A stretch of DNA of 64,000 nucleotides. It comes from Sandaracinaceae bacterium. Its GTDB lineage: Bacteria > Myxococcota_A > Polyangia > Polyangiales > JAFGIB01. The notes under the pieces were generated by a model. It was not told the origin of the DNA and did not search any database. It saw only the letters and a list, made by a program, of their open reading frames with translations. Each line of letters begins with the position of its first letter. Position 1 is the stretch's first letter. The stretch spans positions 1,873-65,872 of the forward strand of contig JADGRF010000016.1 in assembly GCA_017881055.1 (NCBI GenBank), given 5' to 3'. The position numbers and the translations under genes are program-made. Below are positions 27,419 to 35,720 of this stretch, piece after piece.

Positions 27419-27670
27419 TCAGCCGTCTTGGGCTTCCATCAGGGCTTTCGTCTCGACGATGTACTCGCCGATCAAGTCGTTGACCAAGCGCGAGTACTTC
27501 ACGCGGGTCGCTGCGATCTCACGCAGGGCCGTGACGGCCGCGCGGTTCTTGCTCTCGACCAGCGCGGGCACGCCGCGGTTCAGCTGGCGCGTGCGGCGCG
27601 AGGCCAGGATGCACAACGCAAAACGGTTTTCTTCGTGTACGAGGCAGTCTTCGACGGTTACGCGGGCCAT
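27419..27670 (-). CDS. rpoZ: DNA-directed RNA polymerase omega subunit
   Basis: ORF 27419..27958 trimmed to ATG 27670. MARVTVEDCLVHEENRFALCILASRRTRQL is the canonical omega N-terminus. GGGAG RBS. Confidence 0.9.
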   Translation of the reverse strand: MARVTVEDCLVHEENRFALCILASRRTRQLNRGVPALVESKNRAAVTALREIAATRVKYSRLVNDLIGEYIVETKALMEAQDG

Positions 27671-27803
27671 GGAAACTCCCGGAAAATCTAGAGGCGCGGA
27701 CCCTAGCAGAGCCCCCAAACCGGAGCAAGTCGCGCGCGCCAGGCCGGGTTTCGCGGCCGGAACCGCGCAGCGCTGGTGTAGACTCGCCGCGTCAGAGCGA
27801 ACG

Positions 27804-28892
27804 ATGGGCGTGCGATCAAGTGCCAAACGCGGGCTGTGGCGGGCCCTTCTGTTCGTGTCGTGCGTGCTCGGCAATGGCGCGTGGGCTGCTCCCTCGCAGG
27901 CGCAGAGTGTCACGGCCCAGCCAGAGTACCTGCCCAACGATCCCGACGAGCGCGACAAGCAGGCGCGTCAGGCGTTCGAGGAAGGCAAGAAGTCCTACGA
28001 GAACGGCGAGTACCGCGACGCGTGGGGGCATTTTCACGACGCCTATCAGCTGAGCAGCCGTCCCGAGCTGCTCTACAACATCGGGCAGACCGCGGACCGG
28101 CTCGGCATGGATGCCGATGCGCGGAAGGCGTTCAAGCTCTACCTGGAGCGACTGCCGAACGCGCAGAACCGACGCGAGGTCGAAAACCGCATCCGCGCGC
28201 TCGAAGACCGCGTGGCCCGACGCGCCGACGCACCTGCGCCACCGGGCGGCGATGCCAACAGCGCAGATGCGATCTTTGGTCCGAACAGCGCGACGGGTAA
28301 GGACGGTGGCAAGACCAGTACGGACGCCCCCGCACCGCCCAGCGGTGGGCCGCGCCGTCAGGGCTGGTACTTCCGCGGTGCGCTTGGCCTTGGTCTGCGA
28401 CGCGATGGGCTGTCAGGTGGAAGCATCAGCGGCAGCGCGACGGGTGCGGGTGCGTCGCTCGATCTCGCGGTGGGCACCACGATCCTGCCGGGCCTCGTGC
28501 TCGGAGGAGGCCTCTTCGTCGACGCCACGAGTCGTCCCACGCTGTCGTTGAAAGGGATGGGCGATTCCACGTTCGACACCTCGACGCTGAGCGTGATCGC
28601 CGCGATGGGAGACTGGTACTTGCGCCACGAGCTCGACGGCTGGCACGTGCAGGGAGCGCTCGGCCTGGCGTTGCTCAGCTATTCCCGCAGCAGCGTGACT
28701 CCCGGCAGCTCGGTGGGCACCAACTCCGGCAGCGGCGGCGCGCTGATTCTTGGCGGTGGCTACGAGTGGCCGATCGATGGCGACTGGGCGATCGGTGCGC
28801 TCGGCCGCTTCGTGTTCGCGAGTGTGTCCGAGGGCGTTTTCAGCCACGGCGTGTTCACGACGTCGGTGCTGGCATCAGTGACCTGGTACTGA
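27804..28892 (+). CDS. Secreted protein with N-terminal TPR-like region and C-terminal beta-barrel-like region
   Basis: This is the last part of the 785-aa read-through ORF 26535..28892, starting at ATG 27804. Signal peptide MGVRSSAKRGLWRALLFVSCVLGNGAWA. TPR-like EGKKSYENGEYRDAWGHFHDAY. Gly/Ser-rich alternating strands ending SVTWY. Confidence 0.65.
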   Translation: MGVRSSAKRGLWRALLFVSCVLGNGAWAAPSQAQSVTAQPEYLPNDPDERDKQARQAFEEGKKSYENGEYRDAWGHFHDAYQLSSRPELLYNIGQTADRLGMDADARKAFKLYLERLPNAQNRREVENRIRALEDRVARRADAPAPPGGDANSADAIFGPNSATGKDGGKTSTDAPAPPSGGPRRQGWYFRGALGLGLRRDGLSGGSISGSATGAGASLDLAVGTTILPGLVLGGGLFVDATSRPTLSLKGMGDSTFDTSTLSVIAAMGDWYLRHELDGWHVQGALGLALLSYSRSSVTPGSSVGTNSGSGGALILGGGYEWPIDGDWAIGALGRFVFASVSEGVFSHGVFTTSVLASVTWY

Positions 28893-28899
28893 CAGCCAC

Positions 28900-30108
28900 T
28901 CACTTCAGCTCGGCCGACGACTTCCCAAGCAAGCGACGCGCGACGATCAGCTGCTGGATCTGCTGCGTGCCTTCGAAGATGTCGAGGATCTTCGAGTCGC
29001 GCGCGAACTTCTCGAGCAGCGTGTCCTCGCCGTACCCAATCGAGCCGCACAGCTCGACGCAGCGCAGCGTGATGGCGTTGCCGACGCGACCGGCTTTCGC
29101 CTTCGCCATGCTGGCTTCCATCGAGTTCGGTTGGCCGTTGTCGGCCATCCAGGCCGCACGCAGCACGAGCAAGCGCGCCGCTTCCCAGTCGGCCTCCATG
29201 CGGTACAGCTCGGCCTCGGCCGCTGACGCATCCCAGAGCGGCTTGTCGTAGTCGAAGCGCAGCCCATCTTTTTCGAGCAGCTCACGAGCCAGGTCGAGCG
29301 CGGCGCGCGCGCAGCCGATCGACATGGCCGCGACGCCGGGCCGCGTGTTGTCGAACGTCTGCATGACCTTGCCGAACGCCGCGCGCTTCTCGCCTTCGGC
29401 GACCTCGGCGTGGCCGAGCAGATTGCCCTTCGGCACACGGCAGCCCGTGAACAGAATAGTCGCCGTGTCGGAGGCGCGAATGCCCAGCTTGTGCTCGAGC
29501 TTGACGACCTCCATGCCCGGCGTGCCCTTCGGCACGACGAACGACTTGATCGCGGCCTTGCCCTTGTGCTTGTCGAGCGTCGCCCAAACCACGACCGCGT
29601 TGCAGCGCCCACCCGCCGTCACGAAGATCTTCTCGCCGTCGATCACCCACTCGTCGCCATCGAGGCGCGCGGTGGTGCTGATGCTGCCCGAGTCCGAGCC
29701 CGACGCCGGTTCCGTGATCGCCATGGAGGCATATAGCGATCCGAAGCGCTCTTTCTGCTCCGCGGTGGCGACCGCGTTGATCGCCGCGTTGCCGAGGCCA
29801 CCACCCGGGATCGACAGCATCAAGCCCACGTCGCCCCACGCCATGTGTTCGATCGACACGACGGCCGCCATGGCCGGCCCGTTCTTCACCTGGCGCGGCT
29901 GCGTCGGATCCTTTTCTTTCTTCTCGCCGGCCGGAGCAGCACCGCTCGCCTGCCGCTGACGGCTGCGGTCCAAGACCTTCAGCTCGACGGGTACGTCGTG
30001 CTCCTGCTTGTCGTATTTACGCGAGATCGGCCGCATGACGTTGGTCGCAACCGAACGCATCAGCGTCTCGAGGCCAGCCAGCTGTTCCGAAAGCTCCAAG
30101 TTAATCAT
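28900..30108 (-). CDS. Acyl-CoA dehydrogenase
   Basis: ORF 28900..30246 trimmed to ATG 30108 (MINLELSEQ). Contains AITEPASGSD, GEKIFVT and ILDIFEGTQQIQQLIVAR. Confidence 0.85.
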   Translation of the reverse strand: MINLELSEQLAGLETLMRSVATNVMRPISRKYDKQEHDVPVELKVLDRSRQRQASGAAPAGEKKEKDPTQPRQVKNGPAMAAVVSIEHMAWGDVGLMLSIPGGGLGNAAINAVATAEQKERFGSLYASMAITEPASGSDSGSISTTARLDGDEWVIDGEKIFVTAGGRCNAVVVWATLDKHKGKAAIKSFVVPKGTPGMEVVKLEHKLGIRASDTATILFTGCRVPKGNLLGHAEVAEGEKRAAFGKVMQTFDNTRPGVAAMSIGCARAALDLARELLEKDGLRFDYDKPLWDASAAEAELYRMEADWEAARLLVLRAAWMADNGQPNSMEASMAKAKAGRVGNAITLRCVELCGSIGYGEDTLLEKFARDSKILDIFEGTQQIQQLIVARRLLGKSSAELK

Positions 30109-30136
30109 GATGTCCTCACACGCAGAGCGGGCCTTC

Positions 30137-31279
30137 TCATACGCACAGCGTGCCTTCGAGCAGCGGGACGGCCCGCAGGTTGCGATACCAGAGCTCGACC
30201 ATGTGTTCGCGAATGAATCCGTGGCCACCCAGCAGCTGGACACCATCGGTGCCGATCTTCATGCCCTTCTCGACCGCCTGGATGCGCGCGAGATAGGCTT
30301 CGCGATGGAACGGCAAGCCCCGCTCGGCGCGCGCCGCGGCGCGATAGGTAAGCAGGCGCAGCGCGTCGAGCTCGATCGCGATGTCGGCGATCATGAACGC
30401 GACCGACTGCCGGTTCGTGATCGGCTCACCGAACGCGATGCGCTCGTTGCAATAGCTCTTGACGTAGTCGAGCACGGCCTGGCAGGTGCCGACGGTGAGC
30501 GCGGCCGCACCGATGCGAGACAGATCGACGAGCCGTGACAGCTGAAACGGAACATCGCCGCCGAGCCGAGCGCTCTCGGGCACTTGGACACCATCGAGCT
30601 GCATGCGATGCAGCGGTGCAGGTCGTAGACCCATGAACGCCTCGCGGCTCCACGAGACGCCAGCCTGTCCACGCGGAACCACGAACGCGCCAGCTTCGCC
30701 AGGGGCACCGTGCGGGGGCCGCGCGATCACCAGCACGTGCTCGGCTTCCGGCCCGAACGCCACGAGCGTCTTTGCGCCCTGCAACACGTAGCCGCCTTGG
30801 TTGCCCGTCGCACTCGTCGCACGTGTCGCAGTAGTGGCCAACTTCAGCGGATCGAAGCGGGTGCCCGGCTCGGCCAGCGCAACTGCGGCGGGGTGAAAGC
30901 CGTCCGCGGCGCATGCGGAGAGCAGCTGCGCCTTTTGCGAGGCGTTACCGAAGTCGAGCAGGCAGTTCACGAAGGACAGTGTGGAGAGCGCGGAGAGTGC
31001 CAGTGACATGTCGCCGCGTGCGAGATCCTCGGCGAGCAGCGTGTTCGAGATCGGTGAGCGCGTCGAACCGAAGCCGCCCTGCTCTTCTGGGATCTGCACG
31101 GCGTTCACGCCGAGCTCGAGCGTCTTCTGCCAGAGCTCGCGCGGTGTCGCGCCGGCTTCGTCGTATTTTCGTGCGAAGGGCCGCACCTCGGCGTCGACGA
31201 ACTTGCGGACCGTCTCGCGCATCAGCGCTTGCTCGTCGGTCAACGTGAGATCGAACAGCAGCTTTCCGGCTTCGCTCAT
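30137..31279 (-). CDS. Acyl-CoA dehydrogenase family protein
   Basis: MSEAGKLLFDLTLTDEQALMRETVRKFVDAEV..., ALAEPG and GGHGFIREHMVELWYRNLRAVPLLEGT. The stop lies 28 nt upstream of the second ACAD gene. Confidence 0.8.
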   Translation of the reverse strand: MSEAGKLLFDLTLTDEQALMRETVRKFVDAEVRPFARKYDEAGATPRELWQKTLELGVNAVQIPEEQGGFGSTRSPISNTLLAEDLARGDMSLALSALSTLSFVNCLLDFGNASQKAQLLSACAADGFHPAAVALAEPGTRFDPLKLATTATRATSATGNQGGYVLQGAKTLVAFGPEAEHVLVIARPPHGAPGEAGAFVVPRGQAGVSWSREAFMGLRPAPLHRMQLDGVQVPESARLGGDVPFQLSRLVDLSRIGAAALTVGTCQAVLDYVKSYCNERIAFGEPITNRQSVAFMIADIAIELDALRLLTYRAAARAERGLPFHREAYLARIQAVEKGMKIGTDGVQLLGGHGFIREHMVELWYRNLRAVPLLEGTLCV

Positions 31280-31495
31280 GGTGCCCAGCAGAATACACGA
31301 GCGGACCGGCTTTGCGAGGGTATTGCGCTGACTAACTGACAGAAATGTAAGCCGTGAGATCGTGAGTGACGTCGACCCGCTACGCTACCAAAGACAGCGT
31401 GCACCCAGCCCAGCTGCGGAGTCCGACGAGCGGCTCACCAGGCAGCGCCTCGCTCGAGCTCGTGCAAGACATCGCGCGCAACGCGGCCGGCGCTC

Positions 31496-31660
31496 TAAAT
31501 GACCGAGCGTGATTCGGGAACGGTGGATCGCGAAGGACCGGGCGCCGCGATCAAGGAGGAGCGCCGAAGGAAGGGTGGCTCCCCGTTTGAGGCGCTCCGA
31601 CGCCGAGCGGGGCGCCCGGACCGAGCGAGGCGCCGTTCCTGAATCACGCTCGGTCATTTA
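31496..31660. repeat. Palindromic intergenic element, copy B (28-bp terminal inverted repeats)
   Basis: Arms TAAATGACCGAGCGTGATTCGGGAACGG and CCGTTCCTGAATCACGCTCGGTCATTTA (27/28 complementary). The interior shares GTGGATCGCG, GAGGAGCGC and CGAGCGAGGCGCC with copies A and C. Confidence 0.75.
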
Positions 31661-31704
31661 GCCGCCACTAGCCGCGCTTGCCAAGGCTCTGCTAAAAACG
31701 TGCG

Positions 31705-33039
31705 GTGGTTGGACAAACCGTCGCGGCGTTGCAAGAACAGGCAGACGCGCAGCTGTTCGCGCGACAGTACACGGCAGCGCTCGACGGCTACCTGCGGATC
31801 ACGAGTCAGCAGCCCGGCAACCTCGACGCGCGGCTGCGTATCGCGGACGCGCTCATGGCCATGGGCGAGCTGCAGCGTGCAGCTGTCGTGTACACGGCGC
31901 TCGCGCGTCACGCGGCGCTCGCGGGCTACCCGCTGCGCTCGCTGGTCGCGTTGAAGATGCTTTCCGCCCTCGAGCCGCGCTTGGGCGTGCTGCTGCACGA
32001 CTTTGCCGGGTTGTATGCACGCAACTCTCCGCGCCTCGGCAAGAGCGTGCGTCGCGCGCTGCCAGATCCCAACGACCCGCTCAGCGCACCCACGCCGCCC
32101 GCGCGCAGTCCCGACGCGCTCGCCGTGGAGGCCGAGCGCGTCGCAAGCAACTACGACACGGCGGGCCTCGTGTATCCGGAGAAGCTAATCCCGCTGCCGC
32201 TGTTCTCGCTGCTCGACGCACACGAGTTCGGTGCGGTGTTGGAAGCGCTGCGGCTCCTGCGCGTTCGGCCGGGGACGGTGATCCTGCGAGAGGGCGAGCC
32301 GGGCACCCGCTTCTTCGTGCTCGCGCGCGGCCATGCGCATGTGAGCTCGCTGCGCGGCGGCGAGACCAAGCACTTGGGCGAGCTGCTCGAGGCCGCGATC
32401 TTCGGTGAGATGGCGCTGCTCTCGGCAGCACCGCGCACCGCCACGATCACCGCGCACAGCGAGTGCGACCTGCTCGAGTTCGACTGCGGGGCGCTCTCGC
32501 ACGCGTCGAGCACGCTGGCGAATCTCGCGGGTGCGCTCTCGGGCTTCGCGCGCGAGCGCTTGCTGCGCAACGTCGTGACGACGTCACCGTTGTTCGGTCC
32601 GCTAGACAGCAAGCAGCGCATGGACCTGATGCGCCGGTTCGTCGCTGTCGATGCAGCTGCGGGGAGCGTAGTGATCCGCGAGGGCGAGCCGGGAGTCGGC
32701 CTTTACGTATTGCTGCGTGGCAACGTGAATGTAACGCGCGCGGGCATCGACATCGCGCACCTCGGCCCCGGCGAAATGTTCGGCGAGATCTCGCTCATTC
32801 AAGGCGAGGCCACGACGGCCACCGTGACCGCGGAGCACGGCGGCGCCAGTCTCTTGTTCCTGAGCCGCGACTACTTCGAGCGGCTCTTGCAAGCCGTGCC
32901 CGAGCTTCGTGCCTATCTCGAACGCCTCACCGAGGAGCGCCTGATGGATCAGCGCATCAGCCTGGCACCCGGCGACTCCTACGGCGACTCTGTCCCACCG
33001 GACGACGCGGGCGAGATGGAAATCGAGATCGAGCCGTGA
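31705..33039 (+). CDS. TPR-like N-domain plus two cyclic-nucleotide-binding (cNMP/Crp-type) domains
   Basis: GTG start. First cNMP domain: LRVRPGTVILREGEPGTRFFVLARG...IFGEMALLSAAPRTATITA. Second: AAAGSVVIREGEPGVGLYVLLRG...MFGEISLIQGEATTATVTA. Confidence 0.8.
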   Translation: MVGQTVAALQEQADAQLFARQYTAALDGYLRITSQQPGNLDARLRIADALMAMGELQRAAVVYTALARHAALAGYPLRSLVALKMLSALEPRLGVLLHDFAGLYARNSPRLGKSVRRALPDPNDPLSAPTPPARSPDALAVEAERVASNYDTAGLVYPEKLIPLPLFSLLDAHEFGAVLEALRLLRVRPGTVILREGEPGTRFFVLARGHAHVSSLRGGETKHLGELLEAAIFGEMALLSAAPRTATITAHSECDLLEFDCGALSHASSTLANLAGALSGFARERLLRNVVTTSPLFGPLDSKQRMDLMRRFVAVDAAAGSVVIREGEPGVGLYVLLRGNVNVTRAGIDIAHLGPGEMFGEISLIQGEATTATVTAEHGGASLLFLSRDYFERLLQAVPELRAYLERLTEERLMDQRISLAPGDSYGDSVPPDDAGEMEIEIEP

Positions 33040-33040
33040 G

Positions 33041-33127
33041 TATGTAACCTACGCGCAGAGCCGCAGGCTGCTGCGCGGGTATGTAACCTACGCGCAGAGC
33101 CGCAGGCTGCTGCGCGGGTATGTAACC
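33041..33127. repeat. 39-bp tandem repeat (2.2 copies), each unit carrying a GC hairpin, between convergent genes
   Basis: Unit TATGTAACCTACGCGCAGAGCCGCAGGCTGCTGCGCGGG at 33041-33079 and 33080-33118, plus a partial TATGTAACC. Each unit folds as GCGCAGAGCC-GCA-GGCT(G)CTGCGC. Likely terminators. Confidence 0.8.
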
Positions 33128-33130
33128 AGC

Positions 33131-33367
33131 TCAGCTCTTGCGCTCGGCCGGCGTCGCTTCAGCCGGTTGCTTCAGCTCGGATGCGCCCGAACCTGAGGAC
33201 ACCTGCTTGTCGGCCGGCGTCACGTCGTCATCGAGGTCGGTCATGCCGCGCTTGAAGTTGCGGATGGCCTTGCCCATGCCTTCAGCGAGGTCCGGCAGAC
33301 GCTTGGCGCCGAACAGCAGCATGAAGATCGCCAAGATGACCAGTAATTCGCTGAATCCTAAACGCAT
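33131..33367 (-). CDS. tatA: Twin-arginine translocase TatA/TatE subunit
   Basis: [41 protein letters not shown], followed by an acidic/polar tail. Confidence 0.9.
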   Translation of the reverse strand: MRLGFSELLVILAIFMLLFGAKRLPDLAEGMGKAIRNFKRGMTDLDDDVTPADKQVSSGSGASELKQPAEATPAERKS

Positions 33368-33490
33368 GGCATCGGCTCCTAACTGCGGGCACTCTAGCTC
33401 CGTTTACAGGAGAATCCAAACCGGCGCGGTTGATGGCGGCGGAGCCTTACGGTAACTACGCGGACTCACTTTGCTCGTACAGGAGAGAAC

Positions 33491-33973
33491 ATGCCGACGA
33501 ACGCCGAAAAGGCCATCGAGATCTGGAAGAAGTTGGAAGGAAAGCCGGAGGGCACCGGCGAGTGGCTGCTGGTCGACCAGGCCCGCATCAACATGTTTGC
33601 CGACGCCACGCTCGACCATCAGTTCATCCACGTGGACCCCGAGAAAGCGGCGCAGTTTTCGCCCTTCAAGGTGACGATCGCTCATGGCTACCTCACGCTC
33701 TCGCTGATCCCGCACCTTCAGGGCGGTATCCCGATGGCCGACCCCAAGGGCTACGAAGGCATCATGATGGGCATCAACTACGGGCTCGATAAGGTCCGTT
33801 TCCCATCGCCCGTCAAGGTGAACTCGCGCGTGCGCGCTCACCGCGAGCTGATGACCGCCGAACTGGTCAATCCGAGCACTATCCAGCTGAAGCAGAAGAT
33901 CACGATCGAGATCGAGAACGAGCCCAAGCCTGCCTGCGTCGCGGAGACACTCGTGCGCTTGATCTTCGCTTGA
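33491..33973 (+). CDS. MaoC-like (R)-specific enoyl-CoA hydratase / hot-dog dehydratase
   Basis: FADATLDHQFIHVDPEKA...TIAHGYLTLSL and a C-terminal hot-dog pattern. Confidence 0.8.
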   Translation: MPTNAEKAIEIWKKLEGKPEGTGEWLLVDQARINMFADATLDHQFIHVDPEKAAQFSPFKVTIAHGYLTLSLIPHLQGGIPMADPKGYEGIMMGINYGLDKVRFPSPVKVNSRVRAHRELMTAELVNPSTIQLKQKITIEIENEPKPACVAETLVRLIFA

Positions 33974-34005
33974 TTTTCCTCGTAATTTCGAACGGTTGAC
34001 GTTTC

Positions 34006-34797
34006 ATGTCGGCCCACCGACAGGCAGGATCCACGGTGGGCCGACACCTTCCATCGGCCTCCGAAGCGCCGAGCGAGCACCCGATGCGGCGCTATCTGGC
34101 CGGCGCGGAGTCGATTCGGCACGCCCTAAATGAGGGACGCTCCGTTCGAGTCGTACTGGTCCAAAGGGACGATGTGACCTCTCCAGTTGCGGAGCTGGTA
34201 CGTGAAGCCGAGGCGCGCGGGATCACGCTCTGGCGGGGTGGGCCGGGTGACCTGCGGCGCATGAGTCGAACGAGCGAGGTGCCCGATGCCATCGCCATGC
34301 TGGGGCCCGAGCCGGAGGCGGACCTCGACGGCCTCTTGGGGCGAGGTGGCATCACCTGGCTCGTCCACCGCGCCGCCTACCCGAGCAACGTGGGCTTCGT
34401 GGTGCGCACCGCCGAGGTCTCGGGAGCCGATGGCGTGGTCATCGACGGAGCGTGGAATCATGAGGACCGCGGGCGCATCCGGCACGTGTCGATGGGCGCG
34501 AGCATGCTCTTGCCGGTGCTGTTCCACGACACGCACGAGGTGCTCGATCGGGCACGACACCTCGGAGTGCGCATCGTGGCGATCGAGGACGTGGGCGCGT
34601 GTGCACCGTGGGACACGGATCTGCGAGGCCCGGTGCTGTGCATCATCGGCGGTGAGCGCGACGGCATCGATGCGAGCGTGCTCGCGCGCTGCGATCAAGT
34701 CGTGCGCGTGCCGATGGCAGGCTTTGTACCGTCGTACAACTTGCAAGCTGCGATGAGCGCGATAGCGACCGAGCGGCTGCGTCAGCTGTTTACATGA
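34006..34797 (+). CDS. SpoU/TrmH-family RNA 2'-O-methyltransferase
   Basis: PSNVGFVVRTAEVSGADGVV, LCIIGGERDGI and RVPMAGFVPSYNLQAAMSAIATE. An alternative start at ATG 34084 is possible. Confidence 0.8.
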   Translation: MSAHRQAGSTVGRHLPSASEAPSEHPMRRYLAGAESIRHALNEGRSVRVVLVQRDDVTSPVAELVREAEARGITLWRGGPGDLRRMSRTSEVPDAIAMLGPEPEADLDGLLGRGGITWLVHRAAYPSNVGFVVRTAEVSGADGVVIDGAWNHEDRGRIRHVSMGASMLLPVLFHDTHEVLDRARHLGVRIVAIEDVGACAPWDTDLRGPVLCIIGGERDGIDASVLARCDQVVRVPMAGFVPSYNLQAAMSAIATERLRQLFT

Positions 34798-35713
34798 AGA
34801 GATCGTCGATCTGCGCGAGCAGTCGCACAGCGCGTCGACGTGCGACCTTGTTGCCGAGCCGATAGAGCGCGCCTTGGTCGCCCGCTTCGATCACTTCCTG
34901 CAGTAGCTTCGCGAAGAGCACGCGATCCTGTGCAGGCACGGCGTAGAGGTTCGCGTAGTTGACGAGCAAGATGTGGTTCTTGCGGTGTGTCAGCGCGAGC
35001 GCACGTTCGAAGTACTCGCGCCCCTTCGCCGGATCGCCGCCGACTTGCTTCGGATACGACGACGCGAGCCCACCGAGAAAGACCAAGGCCCCAGCGTCTT
35101 CGTAGCCCTCGTCTGCGTGCTGCACCCACTCGGCGATCGTCTTGAGCGTGGGCATGTCGACGAGGTCGTCCATCGACGGGCTGCTATTGATCACGGAGCT
35201 CCACGCCATCATCAACCAGAAGAGCGGGGCGACGTCGTCCTTTGGGTCGTCGAACTGCTTGTCGAGGTAGGCGCGGAACACTTTGGTTTCTTGACGCGCC
35301 ATGTCTAGAAAACGAGGGTCCCGCTGGATGAGCACGTGCAGCGCGAGATCACGTGCGCGGCTGTACATCAAGTACGCACGCTGACGCTCGTGAGCTGCGA
35401 GCGCCTCGTTACCGTTCTGCAGCGCGACCTCGTAGGCGTCCATGACCCAGCCGTAGCCGTAGGCCATGTAGCTCTTCGCGAGCGCGAGCGAGAGGTCTTC
35501 GTTGTCGGAGCTGACCGAATGCAGGCCTTCGAGCTGCATGATGCCGGCGCCGGCCGCGTAGCCGGCGCTTTCCCAATCGAAGTAACTGCGCGTGCTCGGG
35601 GCGGCGGCGACGAGCACGTTCGCGGTGGTATTCACAGCAACGCGATTGAACGAACAGCCGCCAAACGCGGCGAGCAGGACAATCGCGAGAGCAAAGTGAC
35701 AACGTACGTGCAT
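34790..35713 (-). CDS. Helical (TPR-like) lipoprotein, TatT-like family
   Basis: ORF 34790..35827 trimmed to ATG 35713. Lipobox MHVRCHFALAIVLLAAFGGCS. C-terminal GGDPAKGREYFERALALTHRKNHILLVNYANLYAVPAQDRVLFAKLLQEV. Family name from memory. Lies 7 nt after the kinase gene. Confidence 0.6.
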   Translation of the reverse strand: MHVRCHFALAIVLLAAFGGCSFNRVAVNTTANVLVAAAPSTRSYFDWESAGYAAGAGIMQLEGLHSVSSDNEDLSLALAKSYMAYGYGWVMDAYEVALQNGNEALAAHERQRAYLMYSRARDLALHVLIQRDPRFLDMARQETKVFRAYLDKQFDDPKDDVAPLFWLMMAWSSVINSSPSMDDLVDMPTLKTIAEWVQHADEGYEDAGALVFLGGLASSYPKQVGGDPAKGREYFERALALTHRKNHILLVNYANLYAVPAQDRVLFAKLLQEVIEAGDQGALYRLGNKVARRRAVRLLAQIDDLFM

Positions 35714-35720
35714 GGTCGAC

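Noticed and set aside
26535-27803. N-terminal 420 codons of the 785-aa ORF 26535..28892
   Set aside because: This stretch reads through the real YceI gene (in another frame), a strong terminator and the antisense of rpoZ. Only the part from ATG 27804, which has a signal peptide, looks genuine.
31385-31657. 90-aa minus-strand ORF
   Set aside because: It lies mostly inside the palindromic repeat element (copy B). The sequence is Arg/Ser-rich and there is no RBS, so it is an artefact of the repeat.
33041-33127. CRISPR array
   Set aside because: There are only 2.2 directly abutting 39-bp units with no spacers, and no cas genes. It is a tandem hairpin repeat.
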